In this document: piece by piece, positions 15,383 through 25,556 of the stretch
How positions within the stretch are numbered: the first letter of the stretch is position 1
How the letters are laid out: each line of letters begins with the position of its first letter
Source of the DNA: Actinomycetes bacterium
Lineage (GTDB): Bacteria; Actinomycetota; Actinomycetes; JAHEKZ01
Assembly (NCBI GenBank): GCA_045807485.1
Contig: JBJMHG010000143.1
Span: 1 to 26,855 of the forward strand
Reading direction: 5' to 3'
Length of the DNA: 26,855 nucleotides
Translations under genes and position numbers: made by a program
Notes under the pieces: model-generated
The model's database searches: none
Seen by the model: only the letters and a program-made list of their open reading frames with translations
Told to the model about the DNA's origin: nothing

Positions 15383-15993
15383 GCACCGCCACACTGCCAG
15401 GCCGGGGGCGGGCTGCCGCACCGGCACGAACCCAACCTGGTCGGCAGGTTCCCCGCCGTCCCCGTCCACCGGTCCGCGCGGTTCCGACCCGAACTGCACC
15501 AGCGCGGGCACCGTTCGTCGTGGCAGTGGTCATGTTGTTGTCTCTCGGTCTAGGTGCGCTGCTTCTCCTCAACACCCTGCTGGCGCAGGGATCGTTCACC
15601 TTGCACACCCTCAATGACCGAGTGGGCAGCCTGGTCGATCGCGAGCAGGCCCTGCAGCAGCGCGCCTCCGAACTCGCCGCACCGCAACGGTTGGCACGGC
15701 AGGCCCAGAAGCTAGGGATGGTGGCGTCACAGAACCCGGCCTTCTTACGGGCTTCGGACGGCAAGATTCTCGGCGAGCCGGTGCCGGCGGCTGCACAGAT
15801 CGAGCCCACGCCCGTGGTTGGATCGAGCGACCCTGCCACCACCGGCGGTAGCAGCACGGGCAACGGTGACGACTCCGGTGGCGACAAGAGCAACACCGGA
15901 GACCAGGGCAAGACTGACCAGGGCAAGAGTGATCAAGGCAAGAGTGACCAGGGCAAGAACGACGGCGGACACCATGGAGGAGCAGATCAGTGA
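15379..15993 (+). CDS. ftsL: Cell division protein FtsL-like, with a long low-complexity C-terminal tail
   Basis: Lies between rsmH and ftsI with ATGA/GTGA overlaps; basic Pro-rich N-terminus, one TM ([20 protein letters not shown]), coiled coil ending [13 protein letters not shown]. Confidence 0.8.
   Translation: MSTATLPGRGRAAAPARTQPGRQVPRRPRPPVRAVPTRTAPARAPFVVAVVMLLSLGLGALLLLNTLLAQGSFTLHTLNDRVGSLVDREQALQQRASELAAPQRLARQAQKLGMVASQNPAFLRASDGKILGEPVPAAAQIEPTPVVGSSDPATTGGSSTGNGDDSGGDKSNTGDQGKTDQGKSDQGKSDQGKNDGGHHGGADQ
15901..15960 (+). repeat. Four in-frame 15-bp tandem repeats in ftsL encoding DQGK[T/S/S/N]
   Basis: GACCAGGGCAAGACT GACCAGGGCAAGAGT GATCAAGGCAAGAGT GACCAGGGCAAGAAC. Confidence 0.92.
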
Positions 15994-17726
15994 CGCCGCC
16001 TCGACGTTCGGCTGATCCGCGCAGGCGGTTGATGGCCGTGGGCATCCTGGTCGCGATCGTCATGTCGCTGTTCATGGGACGGCTACTGCAGCTGCAAGGT
16101 GTCGAAGCGGCCGCCTATGCCGCAACCGCGGAGCAAGAGAGGCTGCGCACCGTCACGATTCCCGCCACACGAGGATCGATCACTGACGCTGACGGCGTCG
16201 CACTGGCTACCACCGTGGAGGCTGTTGACGTCACCGCCGACCAGACTCAGATCCCCGATCCGCTTGCGGTTGCTGCGGCCCTGGCGCCGGTCCTGAACGA
16301 ACCGGTTGGTGTGCTTCGTGACCGGCTCGACGGCAACGAGGTGTTCGCCTACGTCGAACGATCGGTGTCGCCGAGAACGTGGGACAAGGTGTCAGCCCTG
16401 AGGCTTCCCGGTATCTACAGCCAACCCACAGCGAAGCGGGTCTACCCCCAGGGTTCGCTGGCGGCAGCGGTGTTGGGGTTCGTGGGCTCGGACGGTCACG
16501 GGCTCAGCGGCCTGGAGTACGGGCTCGACCAAGAGCTGGCGGGCCACGACGGTCACATGACCTACGAATCAGGTGCTGGTGGACGCGAGATCCCCAGCGG
16601 TGAGTCGCAGACCGACGAGCCCGTGTCGGGCGTCGACGTGCAGCTGACCATAGACAGTGACATTCAGTTCATCGCTGAGCGCGCGATCCGGGCCTCCGTC
16701 AAGCAGTCAGGCGCGCAAAACGGAACCGTCGTTGTGATGGACCCACGAACCGGCGAGGTTCGTGCACTGGCCACGTATCCATCCTTCAACCCGAGCGACC
16801 CCACCGCGGCCCCCGATGCGGACCGCGGGAATCGAGCAGTCAGCGATATCTACGAACCCGGCAGCACCAGCAAGGTCATGACGATGGCGGCTGCGCTGGA
16901 CGCCGGCGCCGTGCGCCCCAGCACTCCGATCACGGTCCCCCCGACCATCGTCCGCGGTGGTGCGACGATCAACGACCACGACCCACACGGAACCCTTCAC
17001 CTCACCGCAACGGGTGTTCTGGCGCAGTCGAGCAACATCGGTGCGGTGCTCATTGCGGAGCGGTTGGGCAACCAAGCCCTCTACAGCTATCTACGCAAGT
17101 TCGGAATGGGATCGACCAGCGGGCTCGACTTCCCCGGCGAGAGTGCGGGCCTACTTCCGAATGTGAAGGACTGGGGTCCGACGAACGCAGCGACTATTCC
17201 GTTCGGCCAGGGCATGTCTGTGAACGCCGTACAGGCCACTTCAGTGTTCGCGACCATTGCCAACAACGGGGTCCGAGTCGATCCGACCCTCGTCGCTGGC
17301 ACCACCGACGCCGAGGGGCAGTTCACCCCAGCGGCTCCGCCGGACCGTACTCGAGTGGTGACTGCGAAGACGTCGAAGACACTGAGCAAGATGATGGAGA
17401 CCGTGGTTTCAGACGTGGGAACAGCCCCCATGGCTCAGATCCCCGGTTACCGGGTGGCCGGCAAGACGGGAACGGCCCAGCGTGTCAACGACGCGTGCGG
17501 CTGCTATGTAGGCGGCGGCTACACGGCGTCCTTCATCGGCTTCGCTCCCGCCGACAAACCCGCTGTCGTGGTGTCAGTGACTCTGCAAGATCCCGTGAAT
17601 GGTCACTACGGCGGCGTGCTCGGTGGTCCGGTGTTCAAGCGGGTCACCTCATTCGCGCTGCAGAGTGAGCAGATCCCCCCGACACCCGACAAGCCTCCGT
17701 CGATGCGGTTGACCTTCAATCCCTAG
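15990..17726 (+). CDS. ftsI: Class B penicillin-binding protein FtsI (PBP3)
   Basis: N-terminal TM, RGSITD, GLSGLEY, SxxK (EPGSTSK), SxN (QSSNIG), KTG (AGKTGTAQ). Confidence 0.95.
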   Translation: MTPPRRSADPRRRLMAVGILVAIVMSLFMGRLLQLQGVEAAAYAATAEQERLRTVTIPATRGSITDADGVALATTVEAVDVTADQTQIPDPLAVAAALAPVLNEPVGVLRDRLDGNEVFAYVERSVSPRTWDKVSALRLPGIYSQPTAKRVYPQGSLAAAVLGFVGSDGHGLSGLEYGLDQELAGHDGHMTYESGAGGREIPSGESQTDEPVSGVDVQLTIDSDIQFIAERAIRASVKQSGAQNGTVVVMDPRTGEVRALATYPSFNPSDPTAAPDADRGNRAVSDIYEPGSTSKVMTMAAALDAGAVRPSTPITVPPTIVRGGATINDHDPHGTLHLTATGVLAQSSNIGAVLIAERLGNQALYSYLRKFGMGSTSGLDFPGESAGLLPNVKDWGPTNAATIPFGQGMSVNAVQATSVFATIANNGVRVDPTLVAGTTDAEGQFTPAAPPDRTRVVTAKTSKTLSKMMETVVSDVGTAPMAQIPGYRVAGKTGTAQRVNDACGCYVGGGYTASFIGFAPADKPAVVVSVTLQDPVNGHYGGVLGGPVFKRVTSFALQSEQIPPTPDKPPSMRLTFNP

Positions 17727-17735
17727 GGCTCTTCT

Positions 17736-19268
17736 ATGGACGCCCACCGAGACATCCCGCGGCCAACTCCGCACGCCATATCGCTCGCATCGGTGTGCCA
17801 GCGGCTTGGGTTTGAAGCGGGCAACGCAGCCGATGTCGAAGTGACCGGGGTCACCTTGGACTCGCGCGATGTGCGCGAAGGCGACCTGTTCATTGGGCTT
17901 GCTGGTGAGCGGGTGCATGGTGCGCGGTTCAGCGATCAAGCCGTGTCCTCGGGAGCCGTGGCGGTATTGACCGACGAAGCCGGCAGAGGGCTCGTGCCGC
18001 AAGGCGTCGGCTGCGTTGTCGTGAAAGCTCCGCGTCGACGCGTGGGAGACGTCGCAGCGGAGATCTATCGACGACCTGCTGACGACCTGCTGATGATGGG
18101 CGTTACGGGTACGAATGGAAAGACCACAACCACCTACCTTCTGGAGTCGGGCTTGCGTGAAGCCGGACACCGAACCGGTCTGGTCGGAACCGTCGGCACC
18201 GTCATCGACGGAGTCAGCTTCGAGACTTCCAAGACGACACCGGAGGCAACCGAGCTACATGCTCTGCTCGCCGTCATGCGTGAGCGAGGCGTCAGCGCTG
18301 TCGCGATGGAGGTCTCGAGTCACGCACTTGCCATGGGACGTGTAGACGGATTGGCGTTCGACGTCGTGGGCTTCACCCAGCTCAGCGTCGATCACCTCGA
18401 CTTTCATGGAACCGAAGAAGCGTACTTCGCTGCCAAGCTCCAGCTCTTCGGTCGAGATCACAGCCGACAGGCGGTCGTCACCATCGACGACGAGGGTGGG
18501 CGGCGAATTCTCGCAGGTGCCCAGGTGCCGGTCACGTCCCTCGGTCTGGCTGCCGATGCAGATTGGCAGATCACCAACATTCGAGAGCGCTCGGTCGGCG
18601 GATACCGTTACGAGCTGCAAGGGCCCGGGGATGAGGTTCGACCCTGCGAGGTCGCGCTCATCGGACGGTTCAACATCTCGAACGCCGCCCTGTCACAAGT
18701 CATGCTCGAACGGGCGGGAATCGACTGGGCCGCCTCTGCTCGTGGCATCGCGCGATGCACAGGCGTTCCCGGTCGGATGGAAAGGGTCGGCCCATCCGAC
18801 GTCGCCCTCGTCGTCGACTATGCCCACACAACGGACGCACTAGCGCGCGCCATTGATGCGGTGCGCCCAGACGGACAGGGGCGGGTCATCATCGCTTTCG
18901 GGTGCGGCGGCGATCGTGACCCGACCAAGCGTGGGCCGATGGGGGAGGTCGCAGCTCGGCAGGCGGACATCGTGGTGATCACCGACGACAACCCGCGCAG
19001 TGAGGCCCCAGAAGGCATCCGGCAGGCTGTACTCGCAGGTGCCGAGAGCGTTCCGCAACAGCAGCGAGCTGAAGTAGTAGTCGTCGGTGACAGGAGGGAC
19101 GCCATCGAGGCCGCAGTCCGTCGAGCACGCCGCGGTGACGTGGTGCTGGTGGCCGGCAAGGGCCACGAGACTGGTCAGGAGGTGAATGGCGTCGTGACGC
19201 CGTTCGACGACCGAGTCGAGCTCTTGGCGGCCTGGGAGCGGGTACAACCGCACCTGGAGCCAACGTGA
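17736..19268 (+). CDS. murE: UDP-MurNAc-dipeptide:diaminopimelate ligase MurE
   Basis: GVTGTNGKTT, TTPEA, MEVSSH, DHLDFHG, VPGRME, DYAHT, FGCGGDRD, DNPR (DAP-type), AGKGHE. Confidence 0.97.
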   Translation: MDAHRDIPRPTPHAISLASVCQRLGFEAGNAADVEVTGVTLDSRDVREGDLFIGLAGERVHGARFSDQAVSSGAVAVLTDEAGRGLVPQGVGCVVVKAPRRRVGDVAAEIYRRPADDLLMMGVTGTNGKTTTTYLLESGLREAGHRTGLVGTVGTVIDGVSFETSKTTPEATELHALLAVMRERGVSAVAMEVSSHALAMGRVDGLAFDVVGFTQLSVDHLDFHGTEEAYFAAKLQLFGRDHSRQAVVTIDDEGGRRILAGAQVPVTSLGLAADADWQITNIRERSVGGYRYELQGPGDEVRPCEVALIGRFNISNAALSQVMLERAGIDWAASARGIARCTGVPGRMERVGPSDVALVVDYAHTTDALARAIDAVRPDGQGRVIIAFGCGGDRDPTKRGPMGEVAARQADIVVITDDNPRSEAPEGIRQAVLAGAESVPQQQRAEVVVVGDRRDAIEAAVRRARRGDVVLVAGKGHETGQEVNGVVTPFDDRVELLAAWERVQPHLEPT

Positions 19269-20647
19269 TCGCTACGACGCTGGGCGAGGTTGCCACAGCC
19301 GTCGGTGGCACCCTCATCGATGCCGAGCCAGACACCCTGGCAACAGACGTCTGTTCTGACTCGCGGCTGGTGACCTCCGGTTCGCTGTTCGTGGCGATCG
19401 CCGGGAACCGGGTGGACGGACGAACCTTTGCCGCTGACGCCATGAGTGCTGGGGCCGTGGCAGTACTCGCAAGCACTGACACCGAAGCGCCCACCATCGT
19501 GGTTCCTGATGTGCTCGTTGCCCTCGGAGCGTTGGCGCGCTATCACCTCGGTCGGCTTCCGAATCTCACCGTCATCGCCATCACCGGATCGGTCGGTAAG
19601 ACGACTGCCAAAGATCTCACTGCGACAGTCCTCAGCTCCCACGGTCCAACGGTCTCGCCACCGGGATCTTTCAACAACGAGCTCGGGCTTCCATTGACGG
19701 TGTTGGAAGCCGATGAGTCGACGCGTTACCTCGTTCTCGAGATGGGTGCCCGCGGAAAGGGTCACATCGCGTACCTGTGCGGAGTGGCACCACCGCACAT
19801 CGGAGTCGAGCTCGGCGTGGGGACCGCCCACATCGGCGAGTTCGGAAGCCAAGAGTCCATCGCGCAAGCAAAGGCCGAGTTGGTGCAGGCACTGCCAGCT
19901 GATGGCATCGCCATCTTGAATCGTGATGACGCCTACGTCACGGCGATGGCTAGCGCGACCCGCGCAAGAGTCTTGTGGTTTGGATTCGGGTCCAACGCCC
20001 AGGTGACTGCACACGCGATCACAGCGGATGAGTTGGACCGCGCAAGCTTCAAGCTCGCCACCCCATCGGGTTCTGCACCGGTAACCCTGAAATACGTAGG
20101 CGCCCAGGCGATCCCGAATGCTCTCGCGTCTGCCGCTGTCGCCGAAGCGTTGGGCCTCAAACCTCGTGCCACGGCAGCGGCCCTCAGCGCCGCAGAGCCG
20201 CGCAGCAAGTGGCGAATGGAGGTGGCGAACAGATCAGACGGCCTGGTCGTCATCAACGACGCCTACAACGCCAGCCCTGAGTCGATGCGGGCTGCGCTGA
20301 AGTCTTTGAAGCAGATCGCCCACGGACGGCGGTGTTGGGCTGTGTTGGGCGAGATGCTCGAGCTGGGGGACACATCTGCTGCCGAACACGACGCGATCGG
20401 TCGTCTGGTTGTGCGCCTGGATGTGCAACGGTTGGTGGTCGTTGGCGAAGGCGCTCGGCCGATTCACCAGGCAGCCGGGCTCGAGGGGTCATGGGGTCAA
20501 GAGTCGATGTACGTTTCGGACGCCGACGCGGCACTGCAGGTTCTCCGCGACCAGCTTCAGCCCGACGACGTCGTCTTGGTGAAGGCGTCGCGGGCTGCAG
20601 GCCTCGAGGTCATCGCCGCGGCGCTGCTGGCTGAGGTGCCCGCGTGA
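19265..20647 (+). CDS. murF: UDP-MurNAc-tripeptide:D-Ala-D-Ala ligase MurF
   Basis: ITGSVGKTT, SFNNELGLP, LEMGA, INDAYNASPESM, LGEMLELG, KASR. Confidence 0.97.
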   Translation: MIATTLGEVATAVGGTLIDAEPDTLATDVCSDSRLVTSGSLFVAIAGNRVDGRTFAADAMSAGAVAVLASTDTEAPTIVVPDVLVALGALARYHLGRLPNLTVIAITGSVGKTTAKDLTATVLSSHGPTVSPPGSFNNELGLPLTVLEADESTRYLVLEMGARGKGHIAYLCGVAPPHIGVELGVGTAHIGEFGSQESIAQAKAELVQALPADGIAILNRDDAYVTAMASATRARVLWFGFGSNAQVTAHAITADELDRASFKLATPSGSAPVTLKYVGAQAIPNALASAAVAEALGLKPRATAAALSAAEPRSKWRMEVANRSDGLVVINDAYNASPESMRAALKSLKQIAHGRRCWAVLGEMLELGDTSAAEHDAIGRLVVRLDVQRLVVVGEGARPIHQAAGLEGSWGQESMYVSDADAALQVLRDQLQPDDVVLVKASRAAGLEVIAAALLAEVPA

Positions 20648-21729
20648 AGCTGGTACTGATCGCCGTCATCGCGAGCCTGGTGTTCTCATTCGCTGCGACA
20701 CCGTGGTGGGCGAAGTGGTTACGCACTCGGGGGTATGCACAATCGATTCGAGACGCTGAAGAGCTTGGATACGCGGTCCCCGACCACGCGGACAAGAAGG
20801 GCACGCCGTCGATGGGCGGCGTCGTGCTCGTGGCCGGCACCGTGGTCAGCTATGCCATCGCGCACGCCGTGGCCGGTAGCGGCCCAAGCGCCTCTGCCCT
20901 CCTGGTGCTCTTCTTGATGATCGGTTTGGCATCGGTCGGCTTCGCAGACGACTACATCAAAATCTTCCGACGCCGGTCCACGGGTTTGAGAGCCAAGACC
21001 AAACTGATCGGGCAAGCGGCTGTGGCAATCAGCTTCGCTGTCTTGGCACTCCAGTTTCCTAACACCGACGGACTGACACCTGCTACTCAGTACATCTCGT
21101 TCGTCCGCGACATCGCGTGGCTGTCCCTCCCGATCGTCATCTATGTGCTGTGGGTCTGGTTCATGGTTGCGGCCACGTCGAACGCCGTGAACATCACAGA
21201 TGGTCTCGATGGACTCGCTGCTGGCGCAGCCTCGATGGTGTTTGGTGCCTACGTCACGGTAGGTCTGTGGCAGTACAACCAACGTTGTGCGGACATCGTG
21301 CTGCCCAACTGCTACGAAGTGCGCAATCCACTAGACCTGGCCGTGATAGCCGCCGGGGTCATGGGTTCATGCTTTGGTTTCTTGTGGTGGAACGCTTCGC
21401 CTGCGCGAATCTTCATGGGTGACACGGGTTCTCTGGCGCTCGGCGGCGCCATGGCTGGGATCGCCATCTGCACCCGGACTGAACTGTTGCTTCCAGTACT
21501 CGCCGGGCTGTTCGTGATGATCACGGCGTCGGTGATCATCCAGGTTGCGTCCTTCAAGGCGACCGGTAGACGGGTGTTCTTGATGTCGCCAATTCAGCAT
21601 CATTTCGAACTCAAGGGCTGGCCCGAGGTACTGATCGTCACGCGGTTCTGGATCGTGTCGGGAATGTTCACCGGGCTTGGGTTCGTCCTGTTCTACACCG
21701 AGTGGCTCGGCGGAGGCGGCGTCGGGTGA
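20644..21729 (+). CDS. mraY: Phospho-MurNAc-pentapeptide transferase MraY
   Basis: KKGTPSMGG, GFADDYIK, NAVNITDGLDGLA, PARIFMGDTGSLALG, MSPIQHHFELKGW. Confidence 0.97.
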   Translation: MKLVLIAVIASLVFSFAATPWWAKWLRTRGYAQSIRDAEELGYAVPDHADKKGTPSMGGVVLVAGTVVSYAIAHAVAGSGPSASALLVLFLMIGLASVGFADDYIKIFRRRSTGLRAKTKLIGQAAVAISFAVLALQFPNTDGLTPATQYISFVRDIAWLSLPIVIYVLWVWFMVAATSNAVNITDGLDGLAAGAASMVFGAYVTVGLWQYNQRCADIVLPNCYEVRNPLDLAVIAAGVMGSCFGFLWWNASPARIFMGDTGSLALGGAMAGIAICTRTELLLPVLAGLFVMITASVIIQVASFKATGRRVFLMSPIQHHFELKGWPEVLIVTRFWIVSGMFTGLGFVLFYTEWLGGGGVG

Positions 21730-23168
21730 ACCCGATGTCGAACTGGCTGTCGACTGCTGACCGGTTCGCCGACTGGTCGGCAGTCTCCGCGACCGTCGCT
21801 GGTCTCGGCAGCTCTGGCTTCGCAGCAGCCGACGCCTTGCTGCGCGTTGGTGCACACGTCGAGGTGATTGACGCTGAGACACCGCTTGAGGGTGATGTGC
21901 GATCCCGGCGGGCCGAGATCTTGGACGCCCTCGGAGCCCGCGTACGACTTGGTGTTTCCGATGATGTCGTCATCGGCGGCGATCTCTTGGTGCCCTCCCC
22001 GGGGCTGCGGCCGAACCACCCCTGGATCGCCAGCACTCAGGCCTCCACCACCTGGAGCGGCGAGCAGCTGGCGTGGCAGCTGAGACCCCCAGCTGTGCCT
22101 TGGCTGACCGTCACAGGCACGAACGGAAAGACGACGACGGTGCAGATGGTCGATTCCATGCTCCGGCACAACGGTCAGGCCAGCCTTGCAGCGGGCAACA
22201 TCGGGCTACCACTTGCTGAGGCGATCTTCGTCGAGCCGACGCCTGAGGTGTTCGTCGTCGAGCTCTCGAGCTTTCAGCTGCATTTCACGTCAGGCGTCTC
22301 AGCACATTCTGCCGCCCTGCTCAACCTGGCACCCGACCATGTCGATTGGCACGGTTCCTATGACGCGTACGTCGAGGACAAAGCTCGGATCTTCAACCGA
22401 ACGCAGCAAACGATCGTCTACAACCACGACGACGCCAAGGTTGAACGACTCGCCGAGGCAGCAGACGTGGTTGAGGGTTGCCGTGCGGTCGGATTCACCT
22501 TGGGGGTCCCGAAGCGGTCGATGATGGGTGTCGTTGATGGCGTGCTGGTTGACCGCGCCTTCGGCGCCGAGCGCGCGACACACGCGCTAGAGCTGGTCGC
22601 GGCTGAGGCCCTCAGTAGTGACGCGCCTCACCTTGTCGCGGACACACTGGCGGCGGCGGCCTTGGCTCGCTCGTACGGCGTCAGCATCGATGCCGTACGG
22701 CAAGCCGCAGCTGGCTTCACCATGGCCGACCACAGAGGCGAAACCGTGGCGGTCACCTCAGGGGTTCGCTACGTGGACAACTCCAAAGCGACGAACGTGC
22801 ATGCCGCCGACGTTGCCTTGTCTGCCGAACCGAACGTGGTGTGGATCGCGGGGGGACTGGCCAAGGGCGGAAGGTTCGACGGCCTGTTCCGCGATCACCG
22901 AGAGCGACTTCGCGCGGTGGTCTTAATCGGTGCGGATCAGCTGCTATTGGCTGAGGCGGCCCGACGACACGCACCAGATGTGCCGCTGATCGCCATACCA
23001 GCCGGGGAGACTGAGCCCATGGAACATGCCGTTCGCGCCGCTGCCGCTGCTGCACAGCCTGGCGACGTCGTGTTGCTGGCGCCCGCGTGCGCGTCCATGG
23101 ATCAGTTCACCGACTACCGAGCGCGCGGTCGAGCTTTTGCGGAGGCCGTCGCTCGCCTGCAACGCTGA
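21726..23168 (+). CDS. murD: UDP-MurNAc-L-Ala:D-Glu ligase MurD
   Basis: GLGSSG, SPG, TGTNGKTTT, GNIG, ELSSFQL, LNLAPDHVDWH, DNSKATN, GGLAKG, LAPACASMDQF..Y..RG. Start set at GTG 21726 (GTGA overlap with mraY); ATG 21735 is possible. Confidence 0.95.
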   Translation: MNPMSNWLSTADRFADWSAVSATVAGLGSSGFAAADALLRVGAHVEVIDAETPLEGDVRSRRAEILDALGARVRLGVSDDVVIGGDLLVPSPGLRPNHPWIASTQASTTWSGEQLAWQLRPPAVPWLTVTGTNGKTTTVQMVDSMLRHNGQASLAAGNIGLPLAEAIFVEPTPEVFVVELSSFQLHFTSGVSAHSAALLNLAPDHVDWHGSYDAYVEDKARIFNRTQQTIVYNHDDAKVERLAEAADVVEGCRAVGFTLGVPKRSMMGVVDGVLVDRAFGAERATHALELVAAEALSSDAPHLVADTLAAAALARSYGVSIDAVRQAAAGFTMADHRGETVAVTSGVRYVDNSKATNVHAADVALSAEPNVVWIAGGLAKGGRFDGLFRDHRERLRAVVLIGADQLLLAEAARRHAPDVPLIAIPAGETEPMEHAVRAAAAAAQPGDVVLLAPACASMDQFTDYRARGRAFAEAVARLQR

Positions 23169-23178
23169 GGCAATAGGC

Positions 23179-24432
23179 ATGTCGGTCACTTCCCCTCCGC
23201 AGGCTTCAACAACCCGACCTTCAGTCATGGGATCGGCGCGTGCCGCGTTGGCCAGGCCGTTAGCGCCGTACTACCTCGTCCTGGGCAGCACCGTCATGCT
23301 CACCGCTCTTGGCCTGGTGATGGTGCTCTCGGCGTCCAGTGTCGAGTCGTACGCGTCGAGCGGTTCATCGTGGGTGATCGGTCAGCGACAGGCGTTGTTC
23401 GCCGCTGTCGGGGTGCCGCTCCTCGTCGTCGCAAGTCGACTTCCAACTCGGTGGTTTCGACGGCTGGCTTTTCCGCTTCTCGTTGTTGCGCTCGTTCTCT
23501 TGGTACTGGTTCTGGTGCCCGGGATCGGTGTGAGTGTCAACGGCAACCAGAACTGGATCGATGTGGGCGGGCCTTTCCGCATCCAACCTGCCGAACTGGC
23601 GAAGCTGGCCCTGGTTGTCTGGGGTGCAGACCTGCTGACCCGAAAACGCAAACTGCTCCACCAGCAGAAGCACGTTCTCATTCCACTTGTGCCGGTGTCC
23701 GCGTTGGTGGTTGGCCTGATCTTGCTGGGTGGTGACTTGGGCACGTCCTTGATCCTCATGGCGATCGTGGCCGGTCTGCTCTTCATCGCCGGCGCGCCGA
23801 TGCGAGTGTTTCTCGGCCTCGCGACACCTGTGCTGGTTCTGGTGCTCCTCATGATCTTTGAGAGAAGCACCCGTTTGTCGCGACTCCAGTCATTCCTCGA
23901 CCCGTTCGCCGACTACCAAGGTGCCGGCTGGCAAGCCGCACACAGCATGTTCGCTTTGGCATCTGGGGGTTGGTGGGGCGTCGGTCTCGGTGCGAGCCGC
24001 GAGAAGTGGGGCGCCTTGCCCGAAGCTCACACCGACTTCATCTTCGCGATCATCGGTGAAGAGCTCGGATTGGTCGGCACGATCACGGTGCTGCTGCTGT
24101 TCGGCGCGCTCATCCTCGGGGCACTCCGGATCGCACTGGCGACCGACGACCTCTTCGTCCGGTTCGCCGCGGGCGCCATGGTGGTTTGGATCGGGGTCCA
24201 GATGATTATCAACATCGGCGGAGTCTTGAGCGTCGTGCCGATTACCGGAGTTCCGCTGCCACTGGTCTCGTACGGGGGATCGGCACTCTTGGCCACGATG
24301 TTCGGGCTCGGCATGCTGCTGTCATTTGCTCGTGACCTCCCCGGTGCACGACAAGCGTTGGCAGCGCGTCGTCGGAGATGGTGGCGTCAGGTGCATCGGT
24401 CTCGCACGGGTGCCGGGGCTCGCGCAACGTGA
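23179..24432 (+). CDS. ftsW: SEDS peptidoglycan glycosyltransferase FtsW
   Basis: GLVMVLSAS, NGNQNWI, QPAELAK, DLGT, LPEAHTDFIFAIIGEELG, GVPLPLVSYGGS. Start moved from the track's 23026 to ATG 23179. Confidence 0.95.
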   Translation: MSVTSPPQASTTRPSVMGSARAALARPLAPYYLVLGSTVMLTALGLVMVLSASSVESYASSGSSWVIGQRQALFAAVGVPLLVVASRLPTRWFRRLAFPLLVVALVLLVLVLVPGIGVSVNGNQNWIDVGGPFRIQPAELAKLALVVWGADLLTRKRKLLHQQKHVLIPLVPVSALVVGLILLGGDLGTSLILMAIVAGLLFIAGAPMRVFLGLATPVLVLVLLMIFERSTRLSRLQSFLDPFADYQGAGWQAAHSMFALASGGWWGVGLGASREKWGALPEAHTDFIFAIIGEELGLVGTITVLLLFGALILGALRIALATDDLFVRFAAGAMVVWIGVQMIINIGGVLSVVPITGVPLPLVSYGGSALLATMFGLGMLLSFARDLPGARQALAARRRRWWRQVHRSRTGAGARAT

Positions 24433-25556
24433 GCGATCACGCGTCACCTCTGGTGGCGTCACGACCGCTCCGAGTCCTGCTCGCAGGTGGTGGCACTGCG
24501 GGGCACGTCGAGCCCGCTCTCTCGCTGGCAGATGCGCTGGTACGCCGTCGCCCCGGGACACTCATCACTGCTCTGGGCACGGAAACTGGTCTAGAGACCC
24601 AGCTGGTACCTGCTCGGGGCTACGCGCTGAGGCTGATCCCGAAAGTCAGCATGCCAAGAGGGAACTGGCGGAAGTGGTTCGGTGTCCCACCTGGCATGTG
24701 GTCAGCCGTCCGTGCCGTCAGACAAGTCGTGACCGCCGAGAGTATTGACGTGGTGGTGGGGTTCGGTGGCTATGTCGCCCTGCCCGCCTACATCGCGGCG
24801 CGGCGAGGTCGAGTGCCCTACGTAGTCCACGAGGCCAATGCACGTCCCGGCGTCGCCAACCGCATCGGAGCCCGGTTCACGCCATTTGTAGCGGTCAGCG
24901 TGCCCGCCACGATCGACGATCTGCCGCATGCCCAGCTGGTTGGCATCCCATTGCGCCGCAGCATCGCGACACTTGACCGTGAGGCGCTGCGCAAGCAGGC
25001 ACTGGACGCATTCGGTCTCGACGCCGGCCGACCCACCCTTCTGGTCTTTGGAGGATCGCAGGGGGCCAAGACCATCAACGACGCGATGCAGGGCTCTGCC
25101 CGACGCCTGCTGGAGTCAGGCGTCCAGATAATCCATGCCGTTGGCCCCCAGAACGAGGCTTCGATCGAGACCAAGTCAGACGATCCTCCGTACGTCGTGC
25201 TGAAGTACGTCGAGCGCATGGATCTCGCCTACGCCGCGGCTGACCTCGTGCTGGCGCGCTCGGGCGCGATGACCTGCGCCGAGCTCGCCGCAGTGGGATT
25301 GCCCGCAGTCTTCGTTCCCTATCCGCACAGCAACGGCGAGCAGGCCGTCAACGCCGAACCGATGGTGCGCAGCGGGGCCGCCGTCATCGTTCGCGACGAC
25401 GAGCTCAACGCGGTTGTCGTCGAGCATCTCGTCGGTAGCCTCATCCTGGACGCCGACCGGCTCTCAACGATGAGTGCAGCGGCACTTTCACTCGGCGCTC
25501 GTGATGCAGACGAACGTCTTGCGACACTGGTGCTACAGGCTGCGGCGGCGTCGTGA
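24429..25556 (+). CDS. murG: Lipid II GlcNAc transferase MurG
   Basis: AGGGTAGHVEP, GFGGYV, HEANARPGVANR, FGGSQGA, RSGAMTCAE, GEQAVNA. GTG 24429 overlaps the ftsW stop. Confidence 0.97.
   Translation: MSDHASPLVASRPLRVLLAGGGTAGHVEPALSLADALVRRRPGTLITALGTETGLETQLVPARGYALRLIPKVSMPRGNWRKWFGVPPGMWSAVRAVRQVVTAESIDVVVGFGGYVALPAYIAARRGRVPYVVHEANARPGVANRIGARFTPFVAVSVPATIDDLPHAQLVGIPLRRSIATLDREALRKQALDAFGLDAGRPTLLVFGGSQGAKTINDAMQGSARRLLESGVQIIHAVGPQNEASIETKSDDPPYVVLKYVERMDLAYAAADLVLARSGAMTCAELAAVGLPAVFVPYPHSNGEQAVNAEPMVRSGAAVIVRDDELNAVVVEHLVGSLILDADRLSTMSAAALSLGARDADERLATLVLQAAAAS

Noticed and set aside
15901-15960. CRISPR-like array
   Set aside because: 15-bp units with no spacers, in frame within a coding sequence, and no cas genes.
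19175-20014. 279-aa antisense ORF, and similar ones such as 25910..26833, 7349..8026, 11156..11785 and 14882..15511
   Set aside because: Shadow ORFs expected in high-GC DNA opposite well-conserved genes; no recognisable motifs or RBS.
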